Shown here piece after piece: positions 10,593 through 21,614 of a stretch of DNA of 64,000 nucleotides (positions within the stretch are counted from its first letter, which is position 1; every line of letters begins with the position of its first letter). The stretch is taken from NCBI GenBank assembly GCA_963728565.1, contig CAVSLC010000014.1, forward strand, positions 64,001-128,000, read 5' to 3'. The position numbers and the translations under genes were made by a program. This stretch comes from an uncultured delta proteobacterium. GTDB lineage: Bacteria; Desulfobacterota; Binatia; UBA9968. The notes beneath the pieces were generated by a model. It worked only from the letters and a program-made list of their open reading frames with translations, made no database searches and was not told the DNA's origin.

Positions 10593-11658
10593 TCACTGTT
10601 CCAGCAAATGATAGTGCCGTCCTTTTGAGATCGGCGGTATTCCGCTGATGATTTTGATCCAGCGCTCGCCTTCGTCGTCGCTGCAGAAAATCCGCCGTCA
10701 GTTGTACCTGCCAAAAATGAGTACGATCCGTTCCAAAATTCCATCAACATCGCCTCGATGTTGCCGCGGAGATGATCGGCAGGCCGTTTTTCAGCTCGTG
10801 CCAGGTCCGGCCGGCGTCGAGGCTACGCAAAACTCCCGCATCGGCCGTCCCGTTCTTGCGCCATTGAAACGGCGAGGTCCGTGAACCGGCCATGAACATC
10901 AACTCTTGTTTCTCGGGATGGATGAATAAGGAATCAGGATAGCCGATCCTGTCCGATTTGGTTGTCAAATGCTCCCATGTCTTTCCGCCGTCCTTGCTGT
11001 GGTACAACCCGTCGCCGCCGGTGACATAAAACCAGTTCGGATCCGACGGGCGAATCAAGAGCCGATGCGTGTCCAGATGAAAGCCATGCAGTTCATCCCA
11101 TGTCCTGCCTTCGTCTTTGCTTTTCAATAGCGCACCCTGCTCGATACAGGCATAGATCGTTTTCTCGTCCTGAGGATCAAATACCACGTTCTTAAGGTGT
11201 GCCTGGTTGGGCGGAGCCGGAAAGTCCCAGCTGTCCACGCTGGAAACAGAACGCAAGGACGAAAACTCATGCCAGGTTGCTCCCAGATCGTCGCTCTCGA
11301 AGAGATGAGCCGGCTCGGTTCCTGCGTAAAGCTCAGTTTTCCCGCCGCGCTGCGCATAGTTCAAACAGAAGATATGTTTTTCGGTGATCCCATGATCGCT
11401 TACGCCCCAGGTTCTTCCGGCATCCTTGCTAACGTAAAGAGAGCCATTATGCACACCGGCGAAAATATAGTGTTTGGAAGGTTCGATAATCAGACAACTT
11501 ATATGATGATTCTCCAAACTTTTATTTGTGACATCCCAACGTCCCGCCCCGATCCTTTGGATTGTAATCACGCCGCGCGCTGTAGCGACGAGCACTTCAG
11601 AGGACGGAGCCTGTGAATTAAACGTATCAGGGCTATTTTGCGCTAAACAGATCGCCAT
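10593..11658 (-). pseudogene. BNR/Asp-box beta-propeller protein (Ycf48/GH74-like), frameshifted C-terminus
   Basis: Repeated SxDxGxTW Asp boxes, YAGTEPAHLF; the last blade (SDDEGERW...HYHLL) is in shifted frames. Confidence 0.8.
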
Positions 11659-11857
11659 GAATGAATCTCCTCGGATTGATTAAGCGCAATATCCGCGATA
11701 TTTGAAGGCGTTGTCAAGCTACCGAAGCATTTCGGCTGTGGATCCTGCCGAAGATAAACCGTGCAGGTTGATGTAATACTCACAGCGCGCGGTTACCCGA
11801 GAACCTTTAAGGGCTGGCCTAGTCGCTCTGAGGCAGAATTCTGATGAGGTGTAAAAG

Positions 11858-12825
11858 ATGTTGCTTAAATTATTGATCGGAGTTTTCTTTTGCCTCGCCG
11901 GCAGCTCGGTTCGTGCTGAGGATTTGCGGATCGCCTATAGCGCGATCAATGGCGCTCAGGCGCCATTGTGGGTGGCCGTCGAAGAAAGTATTTTCAGCCG
12001 CCACGGCTTGAATGTGGAACTTATCTATATCGGCGGCGGCTCCGTGGTGGCGGGAAAGCCGCTGATCTCGCGCGATGTTCAGCTGGCGCGTGTTCGTCCA
12101 AACTCCGTAATTCAAGCATCGCTCAAAGGCGCTAATCTCAAGATGATCGCCAATACGGTGAACACGTTGGTCGGATCCTTGATGGCGAAGCCGGCCATCC
12201 GATCACCGAGAGGATTCTGGTCGGAAAGAAATCGGTGTCACCCGATTGTCGGGCAACACGGACTATGCACTTGAGTTCATTCTGCGGAAGTACAGTCTGC
12301 AACGCGGCAAAGATGTGGCTGTGCTTCTGACCAGGTGGTTTGCCGCAGCTACTCAGGGCCATCGACGCCGGAAGCGTGGACGCCGGGCTGTTGACGCCAC
12401 CGTCCAATTTGCAGGCTGTGAAGCTGGGCTTGCACGAAGTGGTCGATGTCAGCAGCCTGGAAATGCCGTATCCGAATTCCGTGGTTGCCGCCACCGGCAC
12501 TTATATTGCCGCTAATCGCAACGTTCTTTTGCGCTTTATGAGGGCCTATAGCGAAGGAATCGCGCGCGTGGCCAACGACCGGCCTGCAACCCTTAAGGCT
12601 TTTAGCAAATACACCAAGGAAAAAGATCAGGCCATCCTCGGGGCACTATACGAGCTTTATGGCGTCAAGCAGCTGGAAAAAATCCCTTATGTGAAGATCG
12701 ACGCCGTTGAAGAAGTCTTGCGTACGGAAGAAGTCAAGGGAAAGGTTGACCCCATGTCGTTTGTGGACAACACTCTCGTGGCGGAGCTCGAAAAGGAAGG
12801 TTTCTATCGAAAACTTTATCAATGA
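11858..12825 (+). pseudogene. NMT1/SsuA-type substrate-binding protein, frameshifted
   Basis: Signal peptide, APLWVAVEESIFSRHGL, C-terminal FVDNTLVAELEKEGFYRKLY; split over three ORFs. Confidence 0.85.
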
Positions 12826-12868
12826 GTTTTCATTGAATGTTTTATCGGAAGCAATTTTGGAGGTATCG

Positions 12869-14310
12869 ATGAGAACGGCGGTTGTTGATCTGCGAACGGC
12901 TTTGGAATCCTGTGAAAAGCAGCGCGAGCTCATTCGCATCCGCAAAGAGGTTTGAGCCCTACGTGAACTGCCTTCCATCATGAACGCTGATGGGAGACAA
13001 GATCGGCCGTGCGCTTTATTGTTCGAAAAAACGAAAAACTATCCTCATGCGCGGGCGGCGGCAAAATTTTTGGGCGGACCGCAACGCTTTGGAAGCTATT
13101 ACGGCTTGGCGACGGACTTCAAAACTTTAGAAATGCACTTTCTCAAAGCGCTGGAAAATCCCTTGGCGCCGCGCACGATTGCCGACAGCTTCGTCAAACA
13201 GAACATACGTCTGGGCGCGGTGGATGTTACGGAAATCATCCCACCGGTGCAAGGCGCCCTTAACGTCGGCTCGCTTTACTAGGAACCCGTGGTCGTGACG
13301 AAACATCCGAAGACCGGCGTGCGCAATACCGGCATTTACCGCGCGGCAGTCCAAAGTCCCGGCAAGCTCACCGTCAACGCGCGCACTGACCGGCACGGGG
13401 GTTTGCAGCTTACGGCTGCCAGAGGCTGAAACCTGACAGTTCCTGCGGCGCTCGTGATCGGCGTGGAGCCAGCCGTGTGGATCGCAGCCAACGCTAAGGT
13501 GCCGTATGGCTATGATGAGCTGAGCTATGCCGGCGCGATCAAGGGCAGCCCGGTAGATCTCATCAAATGCGAGACCGTCGATTTCGACGTTCCGGCGAAC
13601 GCCGAAATCATAATCGAGGGCGAGTTAGGGCCGCCGTTCGAATTGGGGGTGGAGGGTCCGTGGCCGGAATATCTCAGATATTCTCGGCATGCAGATCAAC
13701 CCTCCAATCATGGACGTGACTGCGGTAACTTTCAGAACCAATCCCATTAACTATGTCAGCATTCCCGCGAGCGGCAGAGGGGATGAGGCTTTGGGCTTGC
13801 CAAACCAGGCGCAGCTGCTTCGGCTATTGCGGGAGTTTGCCGCGGATTTCGTCGTGGATGCATTCTTGACACCGGTGACTCTGCTGCATCATGCCATCGT
13901 CAAGGTTAAAAAGAGCGAGCCTCATCACGAAGGCTTGCAAATCAATGTGGCGTTGACAGCTTTCAGCTTTTCACCGACACTCGACACCGTCACGCTCGTG
14001 GATGAAGACGTCAACATCCACAATCTGGGCGATATCAACTGGGCAATTTCGACGCGCTGCAATCCCGCCAAGCAGATCCATATTCTACCTGAAGGCCGCA
14101 CTACGCAGATCGTCCCGATTGCGGGAGTGAGAGAGCTCGATCACGAGCCGATCGTTAAAGCAAAAATGATCGTCGATGCGACTATCCCATGGAATTATAA
14201 AACGGCGGGAAATATCGCCCGGCATGACATTTTTTAGCAAAAGCACCTGGCAGGAGGTCGACTAGTCAGACTATATGAGTGAAACCGATCTTGCTCAGCT
14301 GAAGCGATAA
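12869..14310 (+). pseudogene. UbiD-family (prFMN-dependent) decarboxylase with in-frame stops and frameshifts
   Basis: DLRTAL...ELIRIRKEV, NTGIYR, VPANAEIIIEG, EGPWPEY, VDEDVNI..WAISTRC; stops at 12953, 13280 and about 13427 in one frame; frameshifts near 13680 and 14205. Confidence 0.85.
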
Positions 14311-15302
14311 TGCGCCGCGGGCTAGCAAAGTATTGGTGCCGCGGTTTCCAGCCTCGTGCCTGAAGGGTTGCGTGGGCTTTCCTTAGGAACGAAAAATCAA
14401 ACAACCGCTCAACCGGCGGGCCGTCTTTGATGCCCGCCAATTTCATTATCAGAGCAATCATCTTCTTTTGAGCATCGTCGGAAAGATCGGCTCCAGCCGT
14501 CATCGTTGGTTTCGCGGACTCATACATCTTGGCGCCCAAAGCTTCGTCGACCGTTAACGTTGAGCAATGATGTGTCGGAGCGGCGGGGTTCTCACGCAAA
14601 AAACGAAATCCCATGAGCGAGGCTCGGATGAATCTCTCGACCATGTTCGGATCCGTCCGCAGCAGATCTTCCCGAACCAGAATAGCGCCGCCGGGTAGAA
14701 GAAAATTGAGATCGCCGAAAAATACCAGCTCTTTCAGTCCCATGTCCTTCGCTTTGAATGTGAGAGGAGCTATAAGGGTGGCTGCATCGATCGTTCCGGT
14801 TGCGAGTCCCGCCAGCCGTGTTTCGGCACTTCCCATGGACAATATCGTCACGTCACGTTCTAAGCCGTGATCGGCAGAATACGCAAAGACGAAGATCGTC
14901 GATGACACCGGTTCCAGAGACGGCGATCCTTTTTGCCGCGCAGTTTTTAATGCTCTGAATTTCTGCTCTGGCATAAATACCATGTTGCGGCTTGTCGAAG
15001 GGACAGAAGTGAGCTGACGAAGCATCGCGTAGCGCCAGCATTCAGGCCGACCATGGGTACATTCGAAAACTCCACATTACCGGCTAAAACTGCGAGGTTC
15101 GCAGTTGGTGCTCGCATGGAAATGAGCTCCGCATCGAGGCCTTCTTGAGTGTAGTAGCCCTTCATATGCGAGGTCAGAAATGGCGCCGAAGTAATCGTAT
15201 GGCCCGGCAACGCTATCCGGACCTTTCTATTTTGCGCGATGCCGGAGTCGTGCGACAAAACAACAAGCATAGAAGAATACAAAAAGAGAACGTTCTATGC
15301 AT
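14234..15302 (-). pseudogene. NMT1/SsuA-type substrate-binding protein, several frameshifts
   Basis: GGAGG + ATG at 15302; KGYYTQEGLDAEL, TRLAGLATGTIDA, LFDFSFLRKAH; 3' end uncertain. Confidence 0.8.
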
Positions 15303-15376
15303 TTATACCTCCCGCCCCACGAAACGGGATTGCTCTAAGAACAAGCATTTGAGGCGTGATTTTTTAGTTCGCTGCG

Positions 15377-15405
15377 CTTATAGCAGACCATAACCGGTGC
15401 GTCAA
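15377..15405 (-). promoter_or_regulatory. Sigma70-type promoter candidate
   Basis: TTGACG-N17-TATAAG with extended TG, upstream of the SBP at 15302. Confidence 0.55.
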
Positions 15406-15542
15406 TTTGATGCGCTTCCGTATCGCACGGCATCGACAGGGGACTTACGCGAAAACAAGACGTAAGCTTAGGCACGCGTAATACGGCGTGATTTTCCCCC
15501 TCGATTGATGTTTCTCTGCGCTTGATTTTCGATTAGGGAAGA

Positions 15543-16455
15543 GTGGAGGAGCATGATGGCTCAGATATCACCGTCGGGATCTTTACGAGCAACATCGTCA
15601 TCGCTGTGGCGGAAGCGAAACATTGCTTCGCCCAAGAGAACCTTTCGGTCGATATCCGTGCGGTCACGGATTCCGCAACATTATTGCGCAGTTTTATCGG
15701 CGGCAAGTATGACATATTCTGGCGAATGCCGACAACGTCGTCAGTTGGTGTGAAGGGCAGGGCGGCGATCCGACACCCAACGATTTGGTTATTTTTCTAG
15801 GCGGCAGTCGGGGTGTGAACCAGAAACTGGTTGTAGCGCCGGCAATCGACAACTTGGAGCAGCTGCCAAACGCGTTTTGGCCGTCGATGCACCGACGACC
15901 GGTTACGCGATTGTTGGTATCTACGTCTTGAAAAAGCACGGTCTCGAGTTGAGCCGTGACTACAATCTTTGGTCCTTCGGCGATACCAAGGCGAGGGCGC
16001 GCCATACGGGAAGGAAGCCGCCGCTGCAATGATGGGAATGGCCGATGACAAGATTGAGAAACTGGGATTCGCATTGGCGTCCACGCCGAACGTTAGTCCG
16101 GTACTACGCCGCGCCCTTTGTACGACACGGAGAGAATGGGCGGAGGCGAACGATGACGTATTGGTGCGTCAGTGGGGCTATGATCCATGCGTCTGATTGG
16201 CTGCTGGATCAGGCAAATGAGAAGGAGGCGATGGACCTCTTGGCGACAACAATTCATCGAAACCAAGTCGGGCGCATTACACGGAAGCGCTCAGCGATGA
16301 GTTCGGGTCGTGCGTCGGTGTCAATCGACCTGGAGGGAAATCAGGGAGCCATGGCATTGCGCAATTCTATCGGGGTGGATGGATCTGCTCTCGGAGCCGC
16401 AAAAGTCTGTTGACGAAGGTCCCACATGAAAGCTCTGGCGACATTGGAGCCGTAA
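15543..16455 (+). pseudogene. Heavily degraded NMT1-like substrate-binding protein
   Basis: Fragments AEAKHCFAQENLSV, ANADNVV, LAVDAPTTGYA, RREWAEAND in alternating frames. Confidence 0.6.
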
Positions 16456-16676
16456 TCGCCTCGCTCGGTGTTGCCGCGGAATCGGCCATCGGTAGTCAGG
16501 GCTTGACGCAGAAACAAAGGAAAGGCTAAACGATGAACTGCCGATGACCAACGGAGAAAAACACTCAGATGCAGCCGGATTACACCATCTACATTGGTTT
16601 AGATCCGACACTCAAAATTGTTTTTTCCGCAAGTGCACGGTTTTTAGAATCGGAACGAAAAAATCGGAGTGAGACA

Positions 16677-17306
16677 ATGAAACTCTACGATCGCCACACG
16701 TCGCCGAACTGTCCAAAGAACCGCGTTGTGCTCTACGAGAAAAACCTTTCTTACGAGACGATTCCCGTCGACCTGGTAAAGAAGGAACAGAAGAAGCCGG
16801 AATCCTCAAGATGAACCCCTACGGCAAGGTTCCGGTTCTCGTCGACGGCGACACCATTCTCTACGAGTCGTGCATCATCAACGAGTACCTAAAAGAGAAA
16901 TATACAGCCCACCCACTTTTGCCAAAAGATCCAGGGCAGCGAGCGAAGATCAGATCGCCATCGATTACGGCGTTAACGGGACTTACAGCTCCTACGAGAA
17001 GCTGCGCAATGAGATGTTAAAGCCCGATAGCGAAAGGGAGGCGACGGTGATTGCCGAGTCGAGGGCGGAGCTAAGAAAATTACTGCAGAGATTCGAAGAC
17101 GATCTCAAGGACAAAGCTTACTTGGCGGGAGAATCGCTCTTGGATGCGGCGGTCATCCCCCGTTTTCTTCGCCTTGCCCACGGGGAGCAATCAGCGCTTC
17201 CGAACTGCCTCGGCTGAGCGGCTGGCTAGATCGAATGAAAAGCCGATCATCGATTCAGAAAATTGCTTCAGGAATTCCGACAAGTGCACAGCCGGAGCGG
17301 GTGTGA
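16677..17306 (+). pseudogene. Glutathione S-transferase family protein, frameshifted
   Basis: MKLYD..SPNC, MNPYGKVPVLVDG, YESCIINEYL, YLAGE.SLLD across several frames. Confidence 0.85.
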
Positions 17307-18051
17307 CATGGGACCAGCAACGCTATGCTCGCAACATCGTCTAGGCAAGAACAAAGGCCTGTTACAGTTCTCAATGGCTGTGCTTACTAAAGCAGCGCGA
17401 CTTCACCATTGTCTAAATCACGACCGGCCACCTCGCTCTGTGCTACCTACTTACGCGCGAACCGGTTGATGACCATCATTTCGGCATGTTGATAAGCGCT
17501 CGACATGCTGGGCGCCACCATACACGAGAAGCGGTTTCATAACGTGAACTGGAACCTGCAGAGGCCCGGATTGAGAGATCGTAGGATCAAGCCCATTACC
17601 CAGAGATACGTTATCTTTCGTTCTCTTCTGCATGCCACGAGGATCCCATATCCTTATGTCATTCCAGCATTTTGCAGCTTCAGCCCGGGCAAGTAGTGCC
17701 TGCGCCTCATCGGAGGATGGCCAGTTTCTCTCCACCTTCTTTTTAGCATCGCCTCATCCACCCTCGCATAGCGCGACGAGTTTCGGTCGTATCGCGGTTG
17801 CTCACCAAGAAGTTCTTGCGGCCGCTGGCACGACTTAGATGGGCGAGTGCTCGTCGCCACTTCTTTGACAGAGAACTGGAGAAAATCGATTCGGCATTTG
17901 TGAGCTGCCGGAAGCGATCCTAGGTGCAGGTCGAATGCTCATCGAGGAATGAACCCGTACTCCACGGGTGTCAGCGAGCGACACACGTCCGCTTGTAAAC
18001 GCTTATCAATCCGCTGTCGGAGGAATGATAACCAATTGATTCTAAGTAATT

Positions 18052-18126
<75 letters not shown>

Positions 18127-18150
18127 TCAAGTCAGGGTGGATGTGCAGTT

Positions 18151-18179
18151 AAAATATGGCTTTAGCCTGAGCTTGTCAA
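18151..18179 (-). promoter_or_regulatory. Sigma70-type promoter for tRNA-Gly
   Basis: TTGACA-N17-TATTTT. Confidence 0.65.
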
Positions 18180-18305
18180 TGAGAGTGAGCCGGGTGACGG
18201 GAGCAATTTGGACATCGCAGTGCCAGCGGGATCGATCGATCATCGTTCCTGATCTTGCGCATGGCTGCAAACGTGTTTTATGTTGGCGCAAAAACCGGAG
18301 GATGA

Positions 18306-19250
18306 ATGAAATACCGAATTCTTGGTAGAACAGGCTTACGAGTGAGCGCTGTTGGTCTGGGCACGATGGTTCATGCCGGACATTTCGGGCCCATGGATGA
18401 CCGTGAATCCCTGAGCGCTATTGAAACGGCCATGGACTTGGGTGTGAACTTTATTGATACCTCCGATGCCTATGGCGCAGGCTATTCAGAAACATTGCTC
18501 GGACAAGCACTGCGCGGTAAACGCGATAAAATCGTTTTGGCGACCAAGGGCGGTAACGTGATGGTCGGTCCCGACCGCGGCAAGCGAAATTTCACCCCTG
18601 ATTATATCGATCGGGTCATGGACGAAAGCTTAAAGCGGCTCCAAACCGACTATGTGGATCTGTATCAACTGCACAATCCCACTGTCGATGTGATCGAGCG
18701 CGGCGACGTGTGGGAGGTGCTCGAGCGGGCCAAGAAAGCCGGCAAGATTCGCCATTATGGGGTCTCCATCAATACTATCGAGGAAGGTATCGTGGCAGTG
18801 AACGACGGCCGTTCGGATACGGTACAACTGGAGTATAATCTTCTCGCGCAAGAGCCGGCGGAAAAAATATTTCCTCTGGCACAAGCAGCCAATGTAGGCA
18901 TTATCGCGCGCGTGCCGTTGCGTCGCGGAATTTTGACCGGGAAACTAACCGCGGCCGACGATGGCAGATTTCAGGGTGAAGATGTGCGGGCGCGCAGCTT
19001 CAAGGGCGAGCCCTTTCGCCGGGAGCTCGAAAAAGCGGAGCAACTCCGATTTCTAGCAGAACGGAACATACAAACCTTCGCTCAGGCTGCGATCGCTTTT
19101 TGTTTGGCTCATCCTGCGGTCAGCACCACGATACCGGGCGCTCGCAACGCCCGGCAGATGCGTGAAAATGCCGCAGGAGCGGATGTGATAATCCCTCCCG
19201 AGCATTTACAAAGGATCGACGAGTTATGGCGCGGCAGTTTCAGTTCCTGA
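18306..19250 (+). CDS. Aldo/keto reductase
   Basis: LGRTGLRVS, FIDTSDAYG, LATK, SLKRLQTDYVDLYQLH, IPGA. Confidence 0.95.
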   Translation: MKYRILGRTGLRVSAVGLGTMVHAGHFGPMDDRESLSAIETAMDLGVNFIDTSDAYGAGYSETLLGQALRGKRDKIVLATKGGNVMVGPDRGKRNFTPDYIDRVMDESLKRLQTDYVDLYQLHNPTVDVIERGDVWEVLERAKKAGKIRHYGVSINTIEEGIVAVNDGRSDTVQLEYNLLAQEPAEKIFPLAQAANVGIIARVPLRRGILTGKLTAADDGRFQGEDVRARSFKGEPFRRELEKAEQLRFLAERNIQTFAQAAIAFCLAHPAVSTTIPGARNARQMRENAAGADVIIPPEHLQRIDELWRGSFSS

Positions 19251-19278
19251 CGGCTGATTCGTTCCGGTCGGAGGATTC

Positions 19279-20103
19279 ATGCACAAGGTAATTTCCCATT
19301 GGCCGGGTAATTATAAAATGGCCGTTATGATCACGGTGATGTTCGAGGTCTGGTCCGAAGGTAAAGCGCCTCCCTACTCACCGATGACCACGGCGTTAAA
19401 GCCTGGAACGCCGGACCTTTTAGGAATCTCCTGGTCGCAATACGGCGGCAAGAGCGGTGTCTGGCGACTTATGCGAATACTCGACGAATGTGATGTCAGA
19501 GGGACGGTTTGCTTAAACGCCAAATGCGCGGAGGATTTCCCCGATGCCGTAAAACAGCTTCATGAGCGCGGGCATGAAATCTCAGCTCACTCTTACACTC
19601 AGGATCTCGTGCTGCCGTATCTGTCGGCGCAAGAAGAGAAAGACGTGATTCAGAAATGCAGTCGCATTATCGAAAGCGTAGTCGGAACCCGCCCGGTAGG
19701 TTGGTTCAGCCCGGTGGCCGCGCCGACCGTCAATACCGCGCGATTTCTCGCTGAAGAAGGATTTCTCTGGCACGGGGATTATAACGACACTGATCTGCCT
19801 TATTCGATGAACATGCCTGCAGGCCGGCTGGTTGCGATCGCGCACAGCGATTTTACCGACAACCGAACGCTTCGCAGTAGCCCGCGAGATTTTTTCAACG
19901 TGTATAAAGACACTTTTGACTTTCTATATCGAACCGAATCGCCATCGCTGATCAATCTAACGGTTCATACTCATTTTGGCGGACGCCCGTTAATGGCCGC
20001 CATGCTCAGCGAGCTGCTCCATTATATGAAAGGGTTTGCGGATATCTGGTTTGCTCGTCACGACGAAGTCGCGCGCTGGGTGCTGGAACAAGCGGAAGCA
20101 TGA
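19279..20103 (+). CDS. Polysaccharide deacetylase / PuuE-like protein
   Basis: WPG..MAV, YGGKSGVWRL, HEISAHS, PVGWFSP, DTFDFLY, WFARHDE. Confidence 0.9.
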   Translation: MHKVISHWPGNYKMAVMITVMFEVWSEGKAPPYSPMTTALKPGTPDLLGISWSQYGGKSGVWRLMRILDECDVRGTVCLNAKCAEDFPDAVKQLHERGHEISAHSYTQDLVLPYLSAQEEKDVIQKCSRIIESVVGTRPVGWFSPVAAPTVNTARFLAEEGFLWHGDYNDTDLPYSMNMPAGRLVAIAHSDFTDNRTLRSSPRDFFNVYKDTFDFLYRTESPSLINLTVHTHFGGRPLMAAMLSELLHYMKGFADIWFARHDEVARWVLEQAEA

Positions 20104-20213
20104 GAGGTGGGCAAGTTAGGTGCCCGTACGCTTCACCTCTGACTTGGCATGTCACAAAGAGGCTATAGGCCCAAACTGAACCATCACCTGCACATATTAA
20201 AACGCGTAAAGAG

Positions 20214-20705
20214 TTAAAACTCGCCGCGAAAGATGCCGCGCTGTCCGCGTGCTTCTTCGACGCCGACTTCCATGCTGCGGATCCGGGCGTGCGGAAACTT
20301 CTTACGAATTTCGCGCCGGATCTGATTGGCAACGTGTTCGGCCAACAACTCGGTGCTGGTGTTGACAAGGGGAAGGAGAATCACGTCTTGTCGCGGCAGT
20401 AAGAGCCGCTGGGTTTTGTAGCGCACTTCGATTTCCTTGCCTCGACGGTTTACTTTGATTATCGGGCTCTCGGTTTGAATCAAAGTGCGATGATCCAAGC
20501 CATCGCAAATCTGCTTGACCAAAGGTTTGAACGTGATGAAGTCGAGCACGACTCCGGCATGATCGATTTCTCCTTCGAGCGCCACCGAAACCTGGTAGTT
20601 GTGGCCGTGCAAAGGTTCCCTCTGGCCATCTGGGAAAATTAAGAAATGAGCCGAGGCAAAATTAAAGTAATCTTTCGCGACTTCAATGCTGAAAAATCGT
20701 GACAT
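20214..20705 (-). CDS. 6-pyruvoyl-tetrahydropterin synthase family (COG0720), ExxHGH/PTPS-III type
   Basis: FASAHF, EPLHGHNY, LDH, STELLA; ATG at 20705 after GAGGA. Confidence 0.85.
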   Translation of the reverse strand: MSRFFSIEVAKDYFNFASAHFLIFPDGQREPLHGHNYQVSVALEGEIDHAGVVLDFITFKPLVKQICDGLDHRTLIQTESPIIKVNRRGKEIEVRYKTQRLLLPRQDVILLPLVNTSTELLAEHVANQIRREIRKKFPHARIRSMEVGVEEARGQRGIFRGEF

Positions 20706-20843
20706 TCCTCGGACGTTAGCCAAAAGCCTCCACTGTTTCAAGCAATCAGTCGTGAATTGGCGCGAAAAGAGCGGTTTTTAAAAACGCTCTTTACCTTGAA
20801 TTTAACTTGCAACCGGAGCTTGGAAGAGTTAGGTGAGGAACCT

Positions 20844-21599
20844 ATGCAACTAAGGGAATCTCTCGGCGTGCGCGATGGCGAGATGGTGTCGCTGATTGGC
20901 GCGGGCGGAAAAACCACAACATTGTTGCAATTGGCCAAGGAACTGCGCGATGCGGGGAAGAGAGTTCTGGTCACAACCACGACGAAAATTTTCAAACCAA
21001 GCAAACCACACGTTGACCGACTGTTTATTGTCGAAGACGTCGATGCGCTACTGCGCGAGGCAAGCAAGCTCGACGCGCCGCTGATTATCGGCGCCGGTTC
21101 TAAGCTCGATCAGGGCAAGTTGATCGGATTGCCTCCTCGCTGGCTCGATGAGATCGCGAGGAGCAAGCACTTCGCTGCGGTTTTGGTGGAAGCAGATGGA
21201 GCGGCGTCGCGGCTCTTCAAAGTTCCGTCGGAGTTCGAGCCGGTGATCCCAGGCGCTACCAGTCTAACGATCTGGGTTTTGTCGATCAAAGTAGTGGGCA
21301 AACCGTTGGATAGTACTTCGGTCCATCGAGCGGAAACGGCCGCGGCGCTGTCAGGCATGCCGCTGGGAACTCCGGTCACCGAACAACTGATTCTGAACCT
21401 GGCGCGGCATCCTGAAGGTTGTCTCAAAGGCATTCCAGCGGCAAGTCGAAAATCAGCGATGATCAATCAGGCGGACAGTCCGGAAGAAATCGAACGGGCG
21501 AAACAGCTAGGCAAAGCTCTGCTCCAGTTGGAATTCGATCGCGTGGTGATTAACAGTTTTGTTGATAGCGGGCTCAGCAATGAAGTGATTTCCCATTAG
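20844..21599 (+). CDS. yqeC: YqeC-family accessory protein of selenium-dependent molybdenum hydroxylases
   Basis: IGAGGKTT, VLVTTTTKI, LVEADGA, EPVIP, VHR, INQAD. Confidence 0.85.
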   Translation: MQLRESLGVRDGEMVSLIGAGGKTTTLLQLAKELRDAGKRVLVTTTTKIFKPSKPHVDRLFIVEDVDALLREASKLDAPLIIGAGSKLDQGKLIGLPPRWLDEIARSKHFAAVLVEADGAASRLFKVPSEFEPVIPGATSLTIWVLSIKVVGKPLDSTSVHRAETAAALSGMPLGTPVTEQLILNLARHPEGCLKGIPAASRKSAMINQADSPEEIERAKQLGKALLQLEFDRVVINSFVDSGLSNEVISH

Positions 21600-21614
21600 T
21601 CAAAATTTTACATC

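Noticed and set aside
12953-13429. In-frame TGA codons in UbiD as selenocysteine or recoding, tempting given yqeC
   Set aside because: Accompanied by TAG stops and frameshifts, not at Cys-type positions, and TGA serves as a normal stop in many genes here
17310-18050. Integrase remnant or att duplicate next to the tRNA
   Set aside because: No R-H-R-Y motifs in the frames I read; only an 8-nt GGAGCGGG match near 17294, expected by chance
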